Origin: Octopus sinensis
Taxonomy: Eukaryota
Reading direction: 5' to 3'
Assembly (NCBI RefSeq): GCF_006345805.1
Contig: NC_043011.1
Span: 1,860,001 to 1,924,000, forward strand
DNA length: 64,000 bases
Shown: piece after piece, positions 12,701 through 24,439 of the stretch
Position numbering within the stretch: position 1 is the first letter of the stretch
Layout: each line of letters begins with the position of its first letter
Position numbers and translations under genes: made by a program
The notes under the pieces: generated by a model
Database searches by the model: none
What the model was told of the DNA's origin: nothing
What the model saw: the letters and a program-made list of their open reading frames with translations, nothing else

Positions 12701-13150
12701 AAGCCAAACAGGAAAACTTGCAGGAAATATCAAGATTGTGGAAAGAAAAACCATTGTGTGGGTAATACCCCAAATGAGCTGAGAAGCTTATGTAGATGTA
12801 AGAAGAAGCCATCAGTGGCTGCAGAGTGTTTGAAAGCCAAAACAGAAGGATTCATCCTAGCAGCACAAGATCAGAGTCTCCTCACCCGGAACTATCAAGC
12901 TAATGTCACACACAATGAGGCAGACACAATGTGTAGACTCTGCAATGTCAAACCTGAGAGTATTGACCACATTATTGCCAGTTGCTCGGTCATTGCCCCT
13001 ACAGAATATAAAACCAAGTACGATCAAGTTGGCCAATACTTGCACTGGAGCATATGCTATCACTATGGTATCTTGCACCCTAAGAACTGGTATGAACACC
13101 ATTCAGAGTCAGTCACTGAGGGAGAGAATGTTACCATCCTATGGAATTAT

Positions 13151-13695
13151 CTTTTTCTCCCCTTGTTTCTCTCCTTGTTTTTTCTGTGTCCCTTTCCGTA
13201 GAAGAGCATAGGCTTGAAACATAAAAGACTTTTTCTATTCCTGAGTAGAGTGGCTGTGTGGTAAGTAGCTTGCTTACGAACCACATTGTTCTGGGTTCAG
13301 TCCCACAGTGTGGCACCTTGGGCAAGTGTCTTCTACTATAGCCTCGGGCCGACCAAAGCCTTGTGAGTGGATTTAGTTGACGGAAACTGAAAGAAGCCCG
13401 TTGTATATATGTATGTGTGTGTATATGTTTGTGTGTCTGTGTTTTTCCCCCCAACATCGCTTGACAACCGATGCTGGTGTGTTTGCATCCCCACAACTTA
13501 GCAGTTTGGCAAAAAAGACCAATAGAATAAGTACTAGGCTTACAATGAATAAGTCCTGGGGTCGATTTGTTTGACTAAAGGCGGTGCTCCAGCATGGCCA
13601 CAGTCAAATGACTGAAACAAATAAAAGAGTATACATCTGTTTGTTTTGTACACCACCTGTCTTTGTCTTTTGTTTTTTTCGTAAACTCTCCCTAT
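13151..13695 (+). mobile_element. Penelope-like element 3' tail (pLTR fragment) inserted in Dong, itself interrupted by a SINE
   Basis: Homologous to the tail (23150-23311) of the GIY-YIG element. Flanked by CCTATGGAATTAT (13138-13150) and CCTATGGGATTAT (13691-13703). Confidence 0.75.
13248..13630 (+). mobile_element. SINE family A
   Basis: GAGTGGCTGTGTGGTAAG..GGTTCAGTCCC head through the GAAACAAATAAAAGAG tail. Confidence 0.92.
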
Positions 13696-13801
13696 GGGAT
13701 TATTAGATACATACAGACAGGCAAATAAGTGCCTGACATGCCAGACATCGTCATCAAAGATGTAAAACAAAAACATGCCTGTTAATTGACATGAGAGTAC
13801 C

Positions 13802-14222
13802 TACTCTTTACTCTTTACTCTTTTACTTGTTTCAGTCATTTGACTGTGGCCATGCAGGAGCACCGCCTTTAATCGAGCAACTCGACCCCGGGACTTATTC
13901 TTTTTTGTAAGCCCAGTACTTATTCTATTGGTCTCTTTTGCCGAACCGCTAAGTAACGGGGACATAAACACACCAGCATCGGTTGTCAAGTAATGCTAGG
14001 GGGACAAACACAGACACACAAACACACACACATACATATATATATATATACATATATACGACAGGTTTCATTCAGTTTCCGTCTACCAAATCCACTCACA
14101 AGGCATTGGTCAGCCCGGGGCTATAGCAGAAGACACTTGCCCAAGATGCCACGCAGTGGGACTGAACCTGGAACCATGTGGTTGGTTAGCAAGCTACTTA
14201 CCACACAGCCACTCCTGCGCCT
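13802..14222 (-). mobile_element. SINE family A, full length
   Basis: Full consensus match. The short duplication CCTACT splits the Dong codons V-P-T-D. Confidence 0.93.
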
Positions 14223-14544
14223 ACTGATAGAAAATCTCTGAAAAGGAATTTGGAAAACTGTTGAAACATAAGAACCTTGATATTGAGATATGTAGGACGT
14301 GGCAATTAAAAACCAAAACTATCCCTGTTGTTGTAGGTGCCCTGGGAATGATCAAGAAAGGTACTGACAAATTTTCGACCAGATTCCCGGGAAACCAACA
14401 ATGCATGAGACTCAAAAAATTGTGTTGACATCAACTGGCCTCATTCTTAGGAAGTTTCTCTCCATCTAATATATATGTACCTTAGGTCTGTCTGAGATCT
14501 GGTCAGAAGATGAAATAAAATGCAATTCAATCAGAAAATGATAA

Positions 14545-14760
14545 TAATAATAATCCTTTCTACTAAGAGCACAAGACCTGAAATATTGACTAGTCAATTA
14601 CATTGACCCCAGTGTTTCACTGGTACTTAATATATTGACCCCAAAAGGATGAAAGGCAAAGTCGACCTTGGTGGAGTTTGAACTCAAAATGTAAAGATGG
14701 ATGAAATGTTGCTAAGCATTTTGATTGGCATGCTAACCATTCTGCCAGTTCGCCACCTTA
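14545..14760 (-). mobile_element. Meta-domain SINE (family C), diverged
   Basis: CCAAAAGGATGAAAGGCAAAGTCGACC motif, a tRNA-like head toward 14760 and an (AAT)n tail. Confidence 0.75.
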
Positions 14761-14769
14761 ATAATAATA

Positions 14770-14810
<41 letters not shown>

Positions 14811-15495
14811 CTCGATGTGAGAGTAGTGAATCTTGATGTGAGAATAATGAGTTTACCCTTAATCATAATGACCTTCAGGTCACCTTCGGGCAAGTAGTTG
14901 TACCTGTTAGCCCACTCCAACAATATGAAATACCAGGTTGGCATCTGGCTGGATAAAGTCTGTTTCATGGGGTGTGAGTGCCTCTTTAGCCTTGGTCAGC
15001 AACCTCTCTAGAGATGGTGTCTTAATAAAAACACTGGAGATACTGGTGGTTGTGTCACCTTATCCCCACAACCCTCACCATGAGTGAAAATGTCAAATAC
15101 AAATGTGTATTATATGATGACTTGAATAAGGTTGGAACTGATAACAATGAAAGTCTCTTGCCTGGAAGGTAGCTTACTGCCCAGTGGGGTTAGCTCAGTC
15201 ATCATCGAGCTACTGTAGTATGAAAGAAAAGAAGAAAGATCTACTGGAACACACTGGATGCAACAAATTGGACAGAATGAGAGAGGTAATTCCAGTTGTT
15301 TTAGGTGCCTTAGGTACCATCACCTAGCAATTCCCTTATTGAAATTGGTGTAACTATGAGAGTTGCATGATTTCAGAAATCTACTTTATTGGGAACAGTA
15401 AGGAATGTAAGAAAGGTCCTTGATGTCTAAGGAAACTGGCTGTGACCCACTAGCAAGGACATTGATTCCAAATGTAAAACATTCGTGTACATTAT
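14811..15495 (+). mobile_element. Internally deleted R4/Dong-like element bounded by (TAA)n tracts
   Basis: 15280-15430 encodes VIPVVLGALGTI..FQKSTLLGTVRNVRKVLDV*, a Dong C-terminus. (AAT)n lies at 14757-14810 and 15496-15510. The identity of the 5' part is inferred. Confidence 0.55.
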
Positions 15496-15934
15496 GAATA
15501 ATAATAATAACCTGGCAAGTGAAATGGGTGGGGGGCTGGTGCGCATTGATGCCATTGAGAGGTAGGCCCCAAAATGACACGCATTCTCTCCTGATGACCC
15601 CATACACTTGCTGGCGTCCAGTATGTGGAGCTTTCAACTGGTAGCACTTGCATGTGCAAGTTGTTTGCAAAACATATAATGATGATAATAATGTTTTCAA
15701 ATATGGGCACAAGGCCACAAATTCAGAGAGGGTTAAGTTGATTACATTGACCCCCAATGATTAACCGCTATTCTTTTTATTGATCCAGAAGGATATGAAT
15801 GGTAAAGTCTACCTTAGTGGAATTTGAACTCAGAAAGTAAAGCTGAACAAATGCCACTAAGCTAACGGTTTTGCTTGCTTGCCGCCTTAATAATAATAAT
15901 AATAGGAATATAATGCCTGGCCTTTATAATAATA

Positions 15935-16480
15935 ATAATAAAGGCCAGACATTATTTTGTAGGATTTCAAACAAAAATCATACCTCCTCATTGATATGAT
16001 TGTCCCAATCGACACAAATGTATCTGTCAAGACCTACCAAAAACTGAGCAAGTATAAAGATCTTGAAATAGAAATTGGCAAAATGTGGAACCTCAAGACA
16101 AAAACAATACCTGTTGTCATAGGTGCCCTAGGAATGATAGCAAAAGGGGCTGAATGCTACCTAGCACTGGTACCAGAAAATCCCAAAATAGTGCTCATGA
16201 GAACTGCTCATATCTTATGTAAAATATAAACACCTTTTATGGTCATCTTAACATTAGACAATCAAATTACTTTTAAAACAAACTTCTAATTTACTCATGT
16301 TTTGACAAACATTCTCTAGAATAATACTCTGTGCAAAACTAAATATATGGCACCTTAGTCATAACATCAACCTGCACTTCTAACTTGTTGTCTCTTGAGG
16401 TCTCTGGGTGAGACTTGGAGTCAACTAATACAAATACAAAGCAAAAGCCAAACATATAACAACAACAACAATGATAATGA
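15935..16480 (+). pseudogene. 5'-truncated R4/Dong-clade LINE 3' end
   Basis: RPDIIL.., LIDMIVPIDTNVS.KTYQKLSKYKDLEIEIGKMWNLKTKTIPVVIGALGMI. Begins immediately after (AAT)n and ends in an AAC/AAT tail. Confidence 0.88.
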
Positions 16481-16621
16481 TAATCCATTCTACTATAGGC
16501 ACAAGGCCTGACAATTGAGGGTAGGAGGCGAGTTGATTACATTAATTTCAGTGCTCAGCTGGTGCTTATTTCATCAACCTCAAAAGGGTGAAAGCCAAAG
16601 TTAACTCAGAAAGTAAAATCG

Positions 16622-17400
16622 GACACAGAATGTGTATCATTAGCCAGCTGGAGGAGATGTCTTCCTGGGGCTATAAACATCAGTAGCACTGTCCCGTATA
16701 GGACACCACACTTGGTTGGCAATTATATGTTATGATTCCATATTGCTGCTGTTTACATCTCACTCAGAGATTTTATATAGCTTATTTCTCCTTTTTCGAG
16801 ATCAGCAATGATTCATCGCTGGAAAAAGCATAAAGTATTTTGTGAGTGGGATGAGTTTTCATCACTAGCTGGTGATTAACACCTGCTGAGGATGGGTAAC
16901 CACCCCGAAACTCGAGTCCGTGTGTATCACGTAAGGCTAGGGATAGGAGCAATGACCTCCCCTCACAAATACTAACCAGACACAGAATGTGTGTCATTAG
17001 CCAGCTGGAGGAGATGTCTTCCTGGGGCTATAAATGTCAGTAGCACTATCCTATATAGGATGTCACTCTTGGTTGGCAATCATATGTTATGATTCCATAT
17101 CACTACTATTTATATCTCACTCAGAGATTTAATATAGCTTTTCATTAGTTTTTTGAGATCAGTGACCACCCAGAATCTTGAGTCCGTGTGTATCCCGTAA
17201 GGCTAGGGATGAGAGGGATGACCTCCCCTCACAAATACTAATTGGACACAGAACGTGTGTCATTAGCCAGCTGGAGGTGTCTTCCTAGGGCTATAAACGT
17301 CAGTAGCACTGTCCTGTATAGGACACCACACTTGGTTGGCAATTATATGTTACTATTCCGTATCGCTATTGTTTGCTTCATGCTCAGAGTTTTAATATAG
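16622..17400 (+). repeat. Head-to-tail tandem array (357 bp, 266 bp, then a partial unit) of hammerhead-bearing repeat family HH1
   Basis: Unit start GACACAGAA..GTGTCATTAGCCAGCTGGAGG at 16622, 16979 and 17245. Ends in (TA)n. Confidence 0.9.
16872..16930 (+). ncRNA. Type I hammerhead ribozyme (HH1)
   Basis: GTGAT TA ACACCTG | CTGAGGA | T GGGT AACC ACCC C | GAAA | CTCGAG TC^ | CGTGTGT ATCAC. CUGANGA and GAAA cores, GUC cleavage triplet (after 16918), and stems I, II and III all present. Confidence 0.82.
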
Positions 17401-17887
17401 TATATATATATATCTTTGTAATGTTGTTTCAATACATTAAAGAATTGTGTGATAATGCATAGACAAAGGATTGAGTCTATCAAATAATTAGGATTTAGAT
17501 TACTGATACTGTTAATTACAATATGTTAAATTTGGGTCTTCTCCAGCTGCAAGATAATTCGTCTCACCATTGTATGTATTGTACAACTTCCAGCTGACTG
17601 TGTTTGTTTTAGACAATCTGTACTTGGTATCTATCAACCTTGATGCATATCTCAAAATCCTGGTCTGTAAACGACAATGAAACTATCTCACTGTGCATAG
17701 CAATCAATAACAATAAAACTCATGTATTGGCAACTTATTTCAATCACAGGTTTGTCACTCTTCAAACTGCTGCAAATTGGATGTATCTAACTTCAAAATA
17801 TTTGTCATTTACTGAATGAAAACACTTAATTACAACCATTAAATTAGTGTTATTTATAATGAATTGGATATAATTTCCTTTTAATGT

Positions 17888-18290
17888 CTCTTTACTCTTT
17901 TACTTGTTTCAGTCATTTGACTGTGGCCATGCTGGAGCACCGCCTTTAATTGAGCAACTTGACCCCGGGACTTATTCTTTGTAAGCCCAGTACTTATTCT
18001 ATCGGTCTCTTTTGCCGAACCGCTAAGTGACGGGGACATAAACACACCAGCATCGGTTGTCAAGCAATGCTAGGGGGACAAACATTCATACACGCACACA
18101 CACATATACACATATATACATATATACGACAGGCTTCTTTCAGTTTCCGTCTACCAAATCCACTCACAAGGCTTTGGTCGGCCTGAGGTTATAGTAGAAG
18201 ACACTTGCCCAAGGTGCCACGCAGTGGGACTGAAACTGGAACCATGTGGTTGGTAAACAAGCTACTTACCACACAGCCACTCCTGCGCCT
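17888..18290 (-). mobile_element. SINE family A, full-length young copy
   Basis: Full consensus match, head ending TCCTGCGCCT at 18290. Confidence 0.93.
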
Positions 18291-18489
18291 AATTAGACAC
18301 TCCTGTGTCTAATAATTATTATTTATAGTTTTAGCCTTGGTTGGTACTGCGTATCAGTCCTACTAAAAATGAACATCTCTTATATGTATGCATGTATGTA
18401 AGTATATGCACACATGTTTGTATATAAGCATGGTTATCATTGCAGGTGCAGATCTTATTACATTCTACTTCTTGTATATTTTAAATATG

Positions 18490-19050
18490 AGAGTTGAATC
18501 AAAAGTAAAGCAGAAGTAGTCTGAACTTTATTAATTAAAAGAAATCATTGAAATTACATCTGATTGTAAACTATCTTCTCTTATACAAATGTCAGCTCCA
18601 TAACCTCCTTGACAAATAATGTATTTGCACCACCGTTGAATTCAACACCCAAATCCTCTTTGAAGAGCAGATTTCTATCTTTCTCTTCTTCAAAAACTGT
18701 GTCAACTACTGAAGTAACCTCTTTGTATACGTGTCCAAACACCTAAAGTCTTCCACTATCTCCTGTAATATTTTGTAGTGACAATCTCAATGGTTCAGTA
18801 ACCTCATGGATTGTTATTTATCTGTCATGCAAATCAATTAATTCACTGCCAAGTGGTTCATGCCAAAAGTTGAAGCTAATAGTTTCTCACTGAATGGTTT
18901 GTCTTTAATGTCGTTTTCCCCTACTTTAAAACTCTTCATCCATCTGTCCATATTGTCCTTGTCAATGGTGTCATCTCCATAAACAATTTGTATCCTTATC
19001 TATAGAGATATCAGAGAGTCTGCAGCACTTCTTCGTCTAGAATGGTGGCA
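18490..19050 (-). pseudogene. Mariner transposase remnant, internally deleted
   Basis: IQIVYGDDTIDKDNMDRWMKSFKVGENDIKDKPFSEK resembles the mariner N-terminal HTH. ..QRWCKYIICQGGY resembles the mariner C-terminus. Confidence 0.6.
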
Positions 19051-19647
19051 TCTTTCTTCTGCTCAGAATCTATTATCATTATTTATGATTCCATTTCAAC
19101 TGAAGACTACAGGATCATAAAAACTGCTTCCCTAACATCACATGGAGCTTCCTAGATAAGCTCTCTGTTTACTCACCTGGAATTTGTAAATGCCAATTCT
19201 GCCTCTGTGAAATATTACTCATACTCTACCAGCCTACAGTATCCATCAATAAGAAAACTCATCCATCTTCTTGTTACCAGAGTTACACCATGTTAATCAA
19301 CTTCAAACCGTTGATCTCTGGATGTACCACACAGAGCCTAGCTGGCCCATACAACTGCATGTAATATAATTCAGTGTTTACAAATAACATGGAAAAAGAA
19401 ATAAATAAATAGTTGCCGGGGTAGCAAAAATACACACAAGTAACAAGGATGTAACAACCTATTTATAAAGGTAGAAACTACGGGTTCAGGTGAAATGTTT
19501 TGTATAATACTTCTTACTTTCCCCGATGAGAAGATTGCATTGTTTTATACCATGTTATTCCTTCTGGAATAATACCAATGTTGTCTTTGAAACATATGTC
19601 AGAAGTAAAAGAATTTGAATAACACCATAACACCTGCGTTTAACTCC

Positions 19648-19695
<48 letters not shown>

Positions 19696-19805
19696 GTATA
19701 TATATATATATATATACACGTACATATATGGCTGTGTGGTAAGAAGCTTGCTTCCCAACTCCATGGTTTTGGGTTCAGTCCATTGGGCAAGTGTCTTCTA
19801 TTATA

Positions 19806-20370
19806 TATATATATAAATGGAACAAAACGCAATAGAGGACAATAAAACATTCGGACAGATAGATGATACAAAGGCAGAAAAGAGAAACAACAATTAGAAG
19901 GACAGGCAAAAAAAAAAGACGGGTCATTTGAGTCTTCTTTCCTCAGTTAAGTACCAGAAGTCATGACTGTTTTGGGAAGTTACACTTTACGATCTGGTTG
20001 CCCTTAAAAAATGTCTAAGCTAAGAGCATTAGACCCCTTTGAAAGGAAGCTAGTGAATGTGTACTGCAACAAAGATAAAAAAACGGAGAACATGGTACAC
20101 AAAAAGACAAAAAATAGAAAATATGGTACACAATTATGAATACAAATAACAAGAAAATAACAACAGGTATCTTTCGACTAAGAACGAATCCAATTGAGCT
20201 GGCAAGTATGAAGTGAAAGGCTAAAAGCAGGACATAGGAGATAAACATAAGAAGTGTTGGCAGTCAGGCCAAGAAAGAAAGATCATGGCTGGCCGGACAC
20301 CAGTCATGTGGAAGGAGGATAGATAGTGAGGCGCCAGCAAAGGTGAGTTCAATTAGAGGTTATAAAAACT
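19806..20370 (-). mobile_element. Probable Penelope-like 3' tail repeat
   Basis: Homologous to 4348-4545. Shares the CTAAGCTA(A/T)G(A/G)GCATTAGA motif with 23410-23690. Abuts TA repeats. Confidence 0.5.
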
Positions 20371-21659
20371 GTCTAAGGGATATTTGTATCCAATGAATTA
20401 CTGGTGTATTACCTATATGTATTACGGAAGTGTACTTGCATAGCAAGTGATTTGATCTGAGATCATGTGCTGGAACGAAAACAATTGCAGCGTGGAAGGT
20501 GTTTGTAAGCCATTTAAGAGACACACAAAAGCCGTTCGATTCACTTCAACATTTAAGTTTAATTTGTCAAAATATTTTCCTCGCTAAAATCCGCGACCTC
20601 TTCACTGACAAACATCCGTGCTGCATCTCTATATGTAATTATGAGTATTAGTATTAATACTAATAAATGATAAGTAAGGAAAGGAATAAACCAAAGTTTA
20701 TATTTAAGGAAAAATAAGATAATGGAGATAAAATTGATATTTGATAGACATCAGTTATTATTTACTGATTATAAAAAGACAATATCTCATCTTAAAGCAG
20801 TTTCTTTTCACACTATTTTGGGCATAATCAGGCTTAATTATTACAATAATAATTATCATTGCAAATAGTGGAACTTCATCAAAGCAGAAAAATAAAGAAA
20901 AAGAAAAGAGAAAGAAAGAGCAAAAGAGTAAATAAGGATATACCAATTGATGTTCCATGATAATCCTCTGAAAACCTTTAAAATTACTGAAAAATTTAGT
21001 TTATACAATTAGAATAGTTATAATACTTAGTGGTACATGCCTCTCTATGGCAGAGAAAGGCTACTGTTGGCATAAGTGTAGGAGTATTTTGGCTTGGTCA
21101 TAAAGTAAGAAATAAAAAGTAAAAATAAAAATGCTGGGAGTTACAGAACTTAAAATGATTAACAGTTAACCATGATTTATTTAGCAGTAATTACCTAATC
21201 CATTAGCATATTTAAATTAAATGATGGGCCATTCAAAACAGTAAAAGTAGATTAATTAATCTGGGAGGCAAAATATTTCTATTTTGTGCAAATGATAATA
21301 GAAGCAGTCAAGGCTTATTATGCAATTCTACAAAACATAAAAAGTTGGTGTAATTAATTGCTCGACACATCTACAAACATAAATCAAGATTATTAACAAA
21401 AATATCGATAATTTTATGTATGCTTACTTTATATTCTATGTGGAAAGCATGCCGAATTCTCCAATAAGTAGGAAGGTTCTGTAACTCCGAGTATTTTTAT
21501 TTTTACTTTATGACCTAACTAAAATGCTCGTACATTCTGTTGGCATATAAGCATTACTATTTGGTACTGTGATTGTATTTCTCTCATTCATAGATTTAAA
21601 ACAAGTTGTTTTCTCTCTCTCTCTCTCTCTCTCTCTATCCACTACAAACACACAGACTC

Positions 21660-23311
21660 ACACTCATACCTCAACTTCTCCTCCCACCACACCTGCCCTG
21701 CCATCTCCCATCTCCTGTTTCCCCTCATCTACCACTCCACCACCCTACCTTTCCAATGCACCATTCTCCGAGCCTTCCAGTGACTCCAGTCCAACCACAC
21801 AACTTCACACATCTTCCCTAAGTGACCCCTCCTCTCCTTCAAACGAGCCCACAACCTATGAGACCTCTTGGTCCACAGTTTCTTCCCTAACCCAACCTCC
21901 CAACCTGGCTCGTTCCCCTGCCCCCAACCATGCTGTCATATTTGCCCTTACCTCAACAACACCACCCTCCTCACTGGCACCCATCATCGACCCTATCATA
22001 TCACCGACTCCTTCACCTGCACTTCTAGCAATGTCATCTACTACATCGCCTGCTCTCTCTGCCCTTCTCTCTACATCAGGCAAATGGGACGCCGCTTGGC
22101 TGACCAGTTTGCAGGACACATCCAAGACATCTGACTCGGCCATGACACCCAGATCTTGAGCCATTTCTGCTCTACCAGTCACTCTTTGCAACACCTGTCT
22201 GTGTTCAGATGTCCTTGCACAGGGGCCATCTAGACTCCTGTCTTCACTGTGAACAGGGATTAATCTTCTCTCTTCACTCCTTTGTGTCACATGGGCTCAA
22301 CTCTCCTCCCCTCTTCATCTAACCCTCTCACACCTAGTTCCTCCCACCTACCTCTCCTCTCTTGCTCTGGCTCCTACTTCTCTTCACTCCTACTCTCCTT
22401 CTCTCTTCTCTTCACTCCTACCCACTTTCTCCCTTCCCCTTCTCCCTTCATCATTACCCCTCCCCCATAACCCCACCCCTACACAATCCAACCCCACCTT
22501 CCCTATCCATTCCAACCCACCCACCCCATCCCTTACACCCACTCCCACATACCCCACCCTCAGCCTAACCAACACCCACCCTTGCTTTCCCCACTCTCGC
22601 CTCCCCCACATCCCAACATCACCACACCACACCACACACCACCACACCACTATACCACACAACACCACATCACATCATCATGCACACATTAGCACTAACC
22701 TATTTCTTTATTACTCACAAGGGGCTAAACACAGAGGGGGACAAACAAGGACAGACATAGGTATTAAGTCGATTACATCGACCCCAGTGCGTAACTGGTA
22801 CTTAATTTATCGACCCCGAAAGGATGAAAGGCAAAGTCGACCTCGGCGGATTTTGAACTCACAACGTAACGACAGACGAAATACGGCTATGCATTTTGCC
22901 CGGCATGCTAACGTTTCTGCCAGCTCGCCACCTTATTAGCACTAACCATCATCCACACAGCTACACGTACACATGCACATGTCAAGATCACCAGCTCTCT
23001 TCCTCATGCACATACATGCTCTCTTATACACACCCACGTGCACCTTCGTTTTGGGATACCACTACTTTATTATCTCCCCTTCTTCCTAGCTCTCTTGTGT
23101 GACCCCTCTGTCCGGCATTCGCCATGATAGATCACTAGCCACTACACAGTCTTTATTTTCTCTCCTTGTTTCTTCCTGTGTTCCTTTCTGTGGAAGAGTG
23201 TAGGCTCGAAACGTTAAAGACTTTTTCACTTCCCGGGCATTAAACTAATACATCTGTTTTTTGTCTATACCACATGGCTTCATCTTTTTGTTTTTTTGTG
23301 AATTCTCCCTA
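21660..23311 (+). pseudogene. Penelope-like element (Poseidon-type) GIY-YIG endonuclease fossil plus 3' UTR/pLTR
   Basis: PLLSFKRAHNL.DLLVHS..CPQPCCHICP..FTCTSSNVIYYIACSLCPSLYIRQMGRRLADQFAGHIQDI..SHFCSTSHS has the GIY-YIG layout (VIY..C..C..YIG.T.R.L..RF.EH). A pyrimidine-rich UTR follows and ends at (TA)n. Confidence 0.88.
22701..22934 (-). mobile_element. Meta-domain tRNA SINE (family C), young copy with 13-bp TSD
   Basis: ATTAGCACTAACC is duplicated at 22688-22700 and 22935-22947. Minus strand reads GGTGGCGAGCTGGCAGAAACG..GAGGTCGACTTTGCCTTTCATCCTTTCGGGGTCGATAAATTAAGTACCAG. Confidence 0.92.
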
Positions 23312-23321
23312 TATATATATG

Positions 23322-23355
<34 letters not shown>

Positions 23356-23409
23356 TATATCATAATGGCTTTTATATATATATGTGTATATATATAATAA
23401 ATAATAAAA

Positions 23410-23690
23410 CTTTATATATAAAGAACGTGAAATTCACGAATTGACGAACACGGAAAACAGAGTCATTCAGAGCCTTCATTCTTCAGTCAGAAACCGATTC
23501 ATCATGGCAAATTTCGGCTGTTTAATTCTGAGATTTGCTCCAAAACGGCCAGCCCCAAGGAAAAGCTAAGCTATGGGCATTAGATTTCCTTGGTAGAAGG
23601 AAAGAATGTGACAACAGAGACGAATAGGAAAACAAGAGACGAAGATAAAATTGGAAACAGTAATGAATAAAAACAGGAATGACACATACT
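23410..23690 (-). mobile_element. Probable Penelope-like tail repeat, related subfamily
   Basis: Shares motifs with 19806-20370 and is adjacent to (TA)n. Confidence 0.45.
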
Positions 23691-24439
23691 ACTTACGACT
23701 TTGAGACAAAATGGGACATATCAGAAGGGCTTATAAAAATTTTCTAGCCTATATGCTGAGAGATAGATGCTAAATCGCCTCACCACTCAAACGAGTCACA
23801 AACACACAAAACTTTTAATAAAATAGATAGTTCTGTATTAGCCTAACTTCTGGGTTTGCCCAAAGGCTCTCCCGTCTTCAGCAGAACATACTAATAGAAA
23901 TAAATGAAATATTTATATATACTCGCAGGAAAGCAAAACACAAGGTTACAAATACACATAAATACTTCATATATCTCCGAAGCAAATTTCGTAGCCTGCC
24001 TGAACAGCATGTGCATTTGGTTGGCATAGCTGGGTAGCTATGCTGTTCTGAAGTGAATAAATTTTCCATTTACAATAATAGAGGATAAAACTTTTTTTTT
24101 AAATTTTATCAGTGGCCATCATATAAAATGAAATGAATTTAGGTGAAAATTAGGTACTTGTTGGTTATCTCACCCCCATTAAAAAATTGGGTTATCTCCC
24201 CAACTAAAAAAATTGTTTAACCCTCAATAAAAGAAAAAAAAATTTTAAAAACTAATAAACATGGAAAGCGAAATGATTAAACATCTTATTAAATCTGATA
24301 ATATTTTTATAACAAATACAAAACTGAAAAATTAACAAGCATGAAAACTGAAAAAAAATTAAACATCTTATTGAATCCAATAACATTTTTATAAAAAAAT
24401 CATACCATGCCTATTGAGGAGGCCAAAAGTCAACAATGT

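Larger units (their letters stand above)
12680..14470 (+). pseudogene. R4/Dong-clade LINE 3' portion interrupted by nested insertions
   Basis: EGFILAAQDQSLLTRNY, CRLCNVKPESIDHIIASC and ENVTILW. Resumes at 13691 (WDY..PDIVIKD..LIDMRVP) and at 14223 (..PVVVGALGMIKKG..LRKFLSI*). Confidence 0.9.

Noticed and set aside
15585-15645. CTGATGA followed by a hairpin, as a hammerhead or C/D snoRNA (homolog at ~26940-27055 on the opposite strand)
   Set aside because: No GAAA follows the stem in either copy, and there is no terminal D-box or stem.
23460-23570. Hammerhead in the 23410-23690 and 4348-4545 tail families (GGCTG..CAGCC GAAA)
   Set aside because: There is no CUGANGA upstream of stem II, and the downstream CTGAAGA is in the wrong order and lacks pairing. 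At best it is a fossil.
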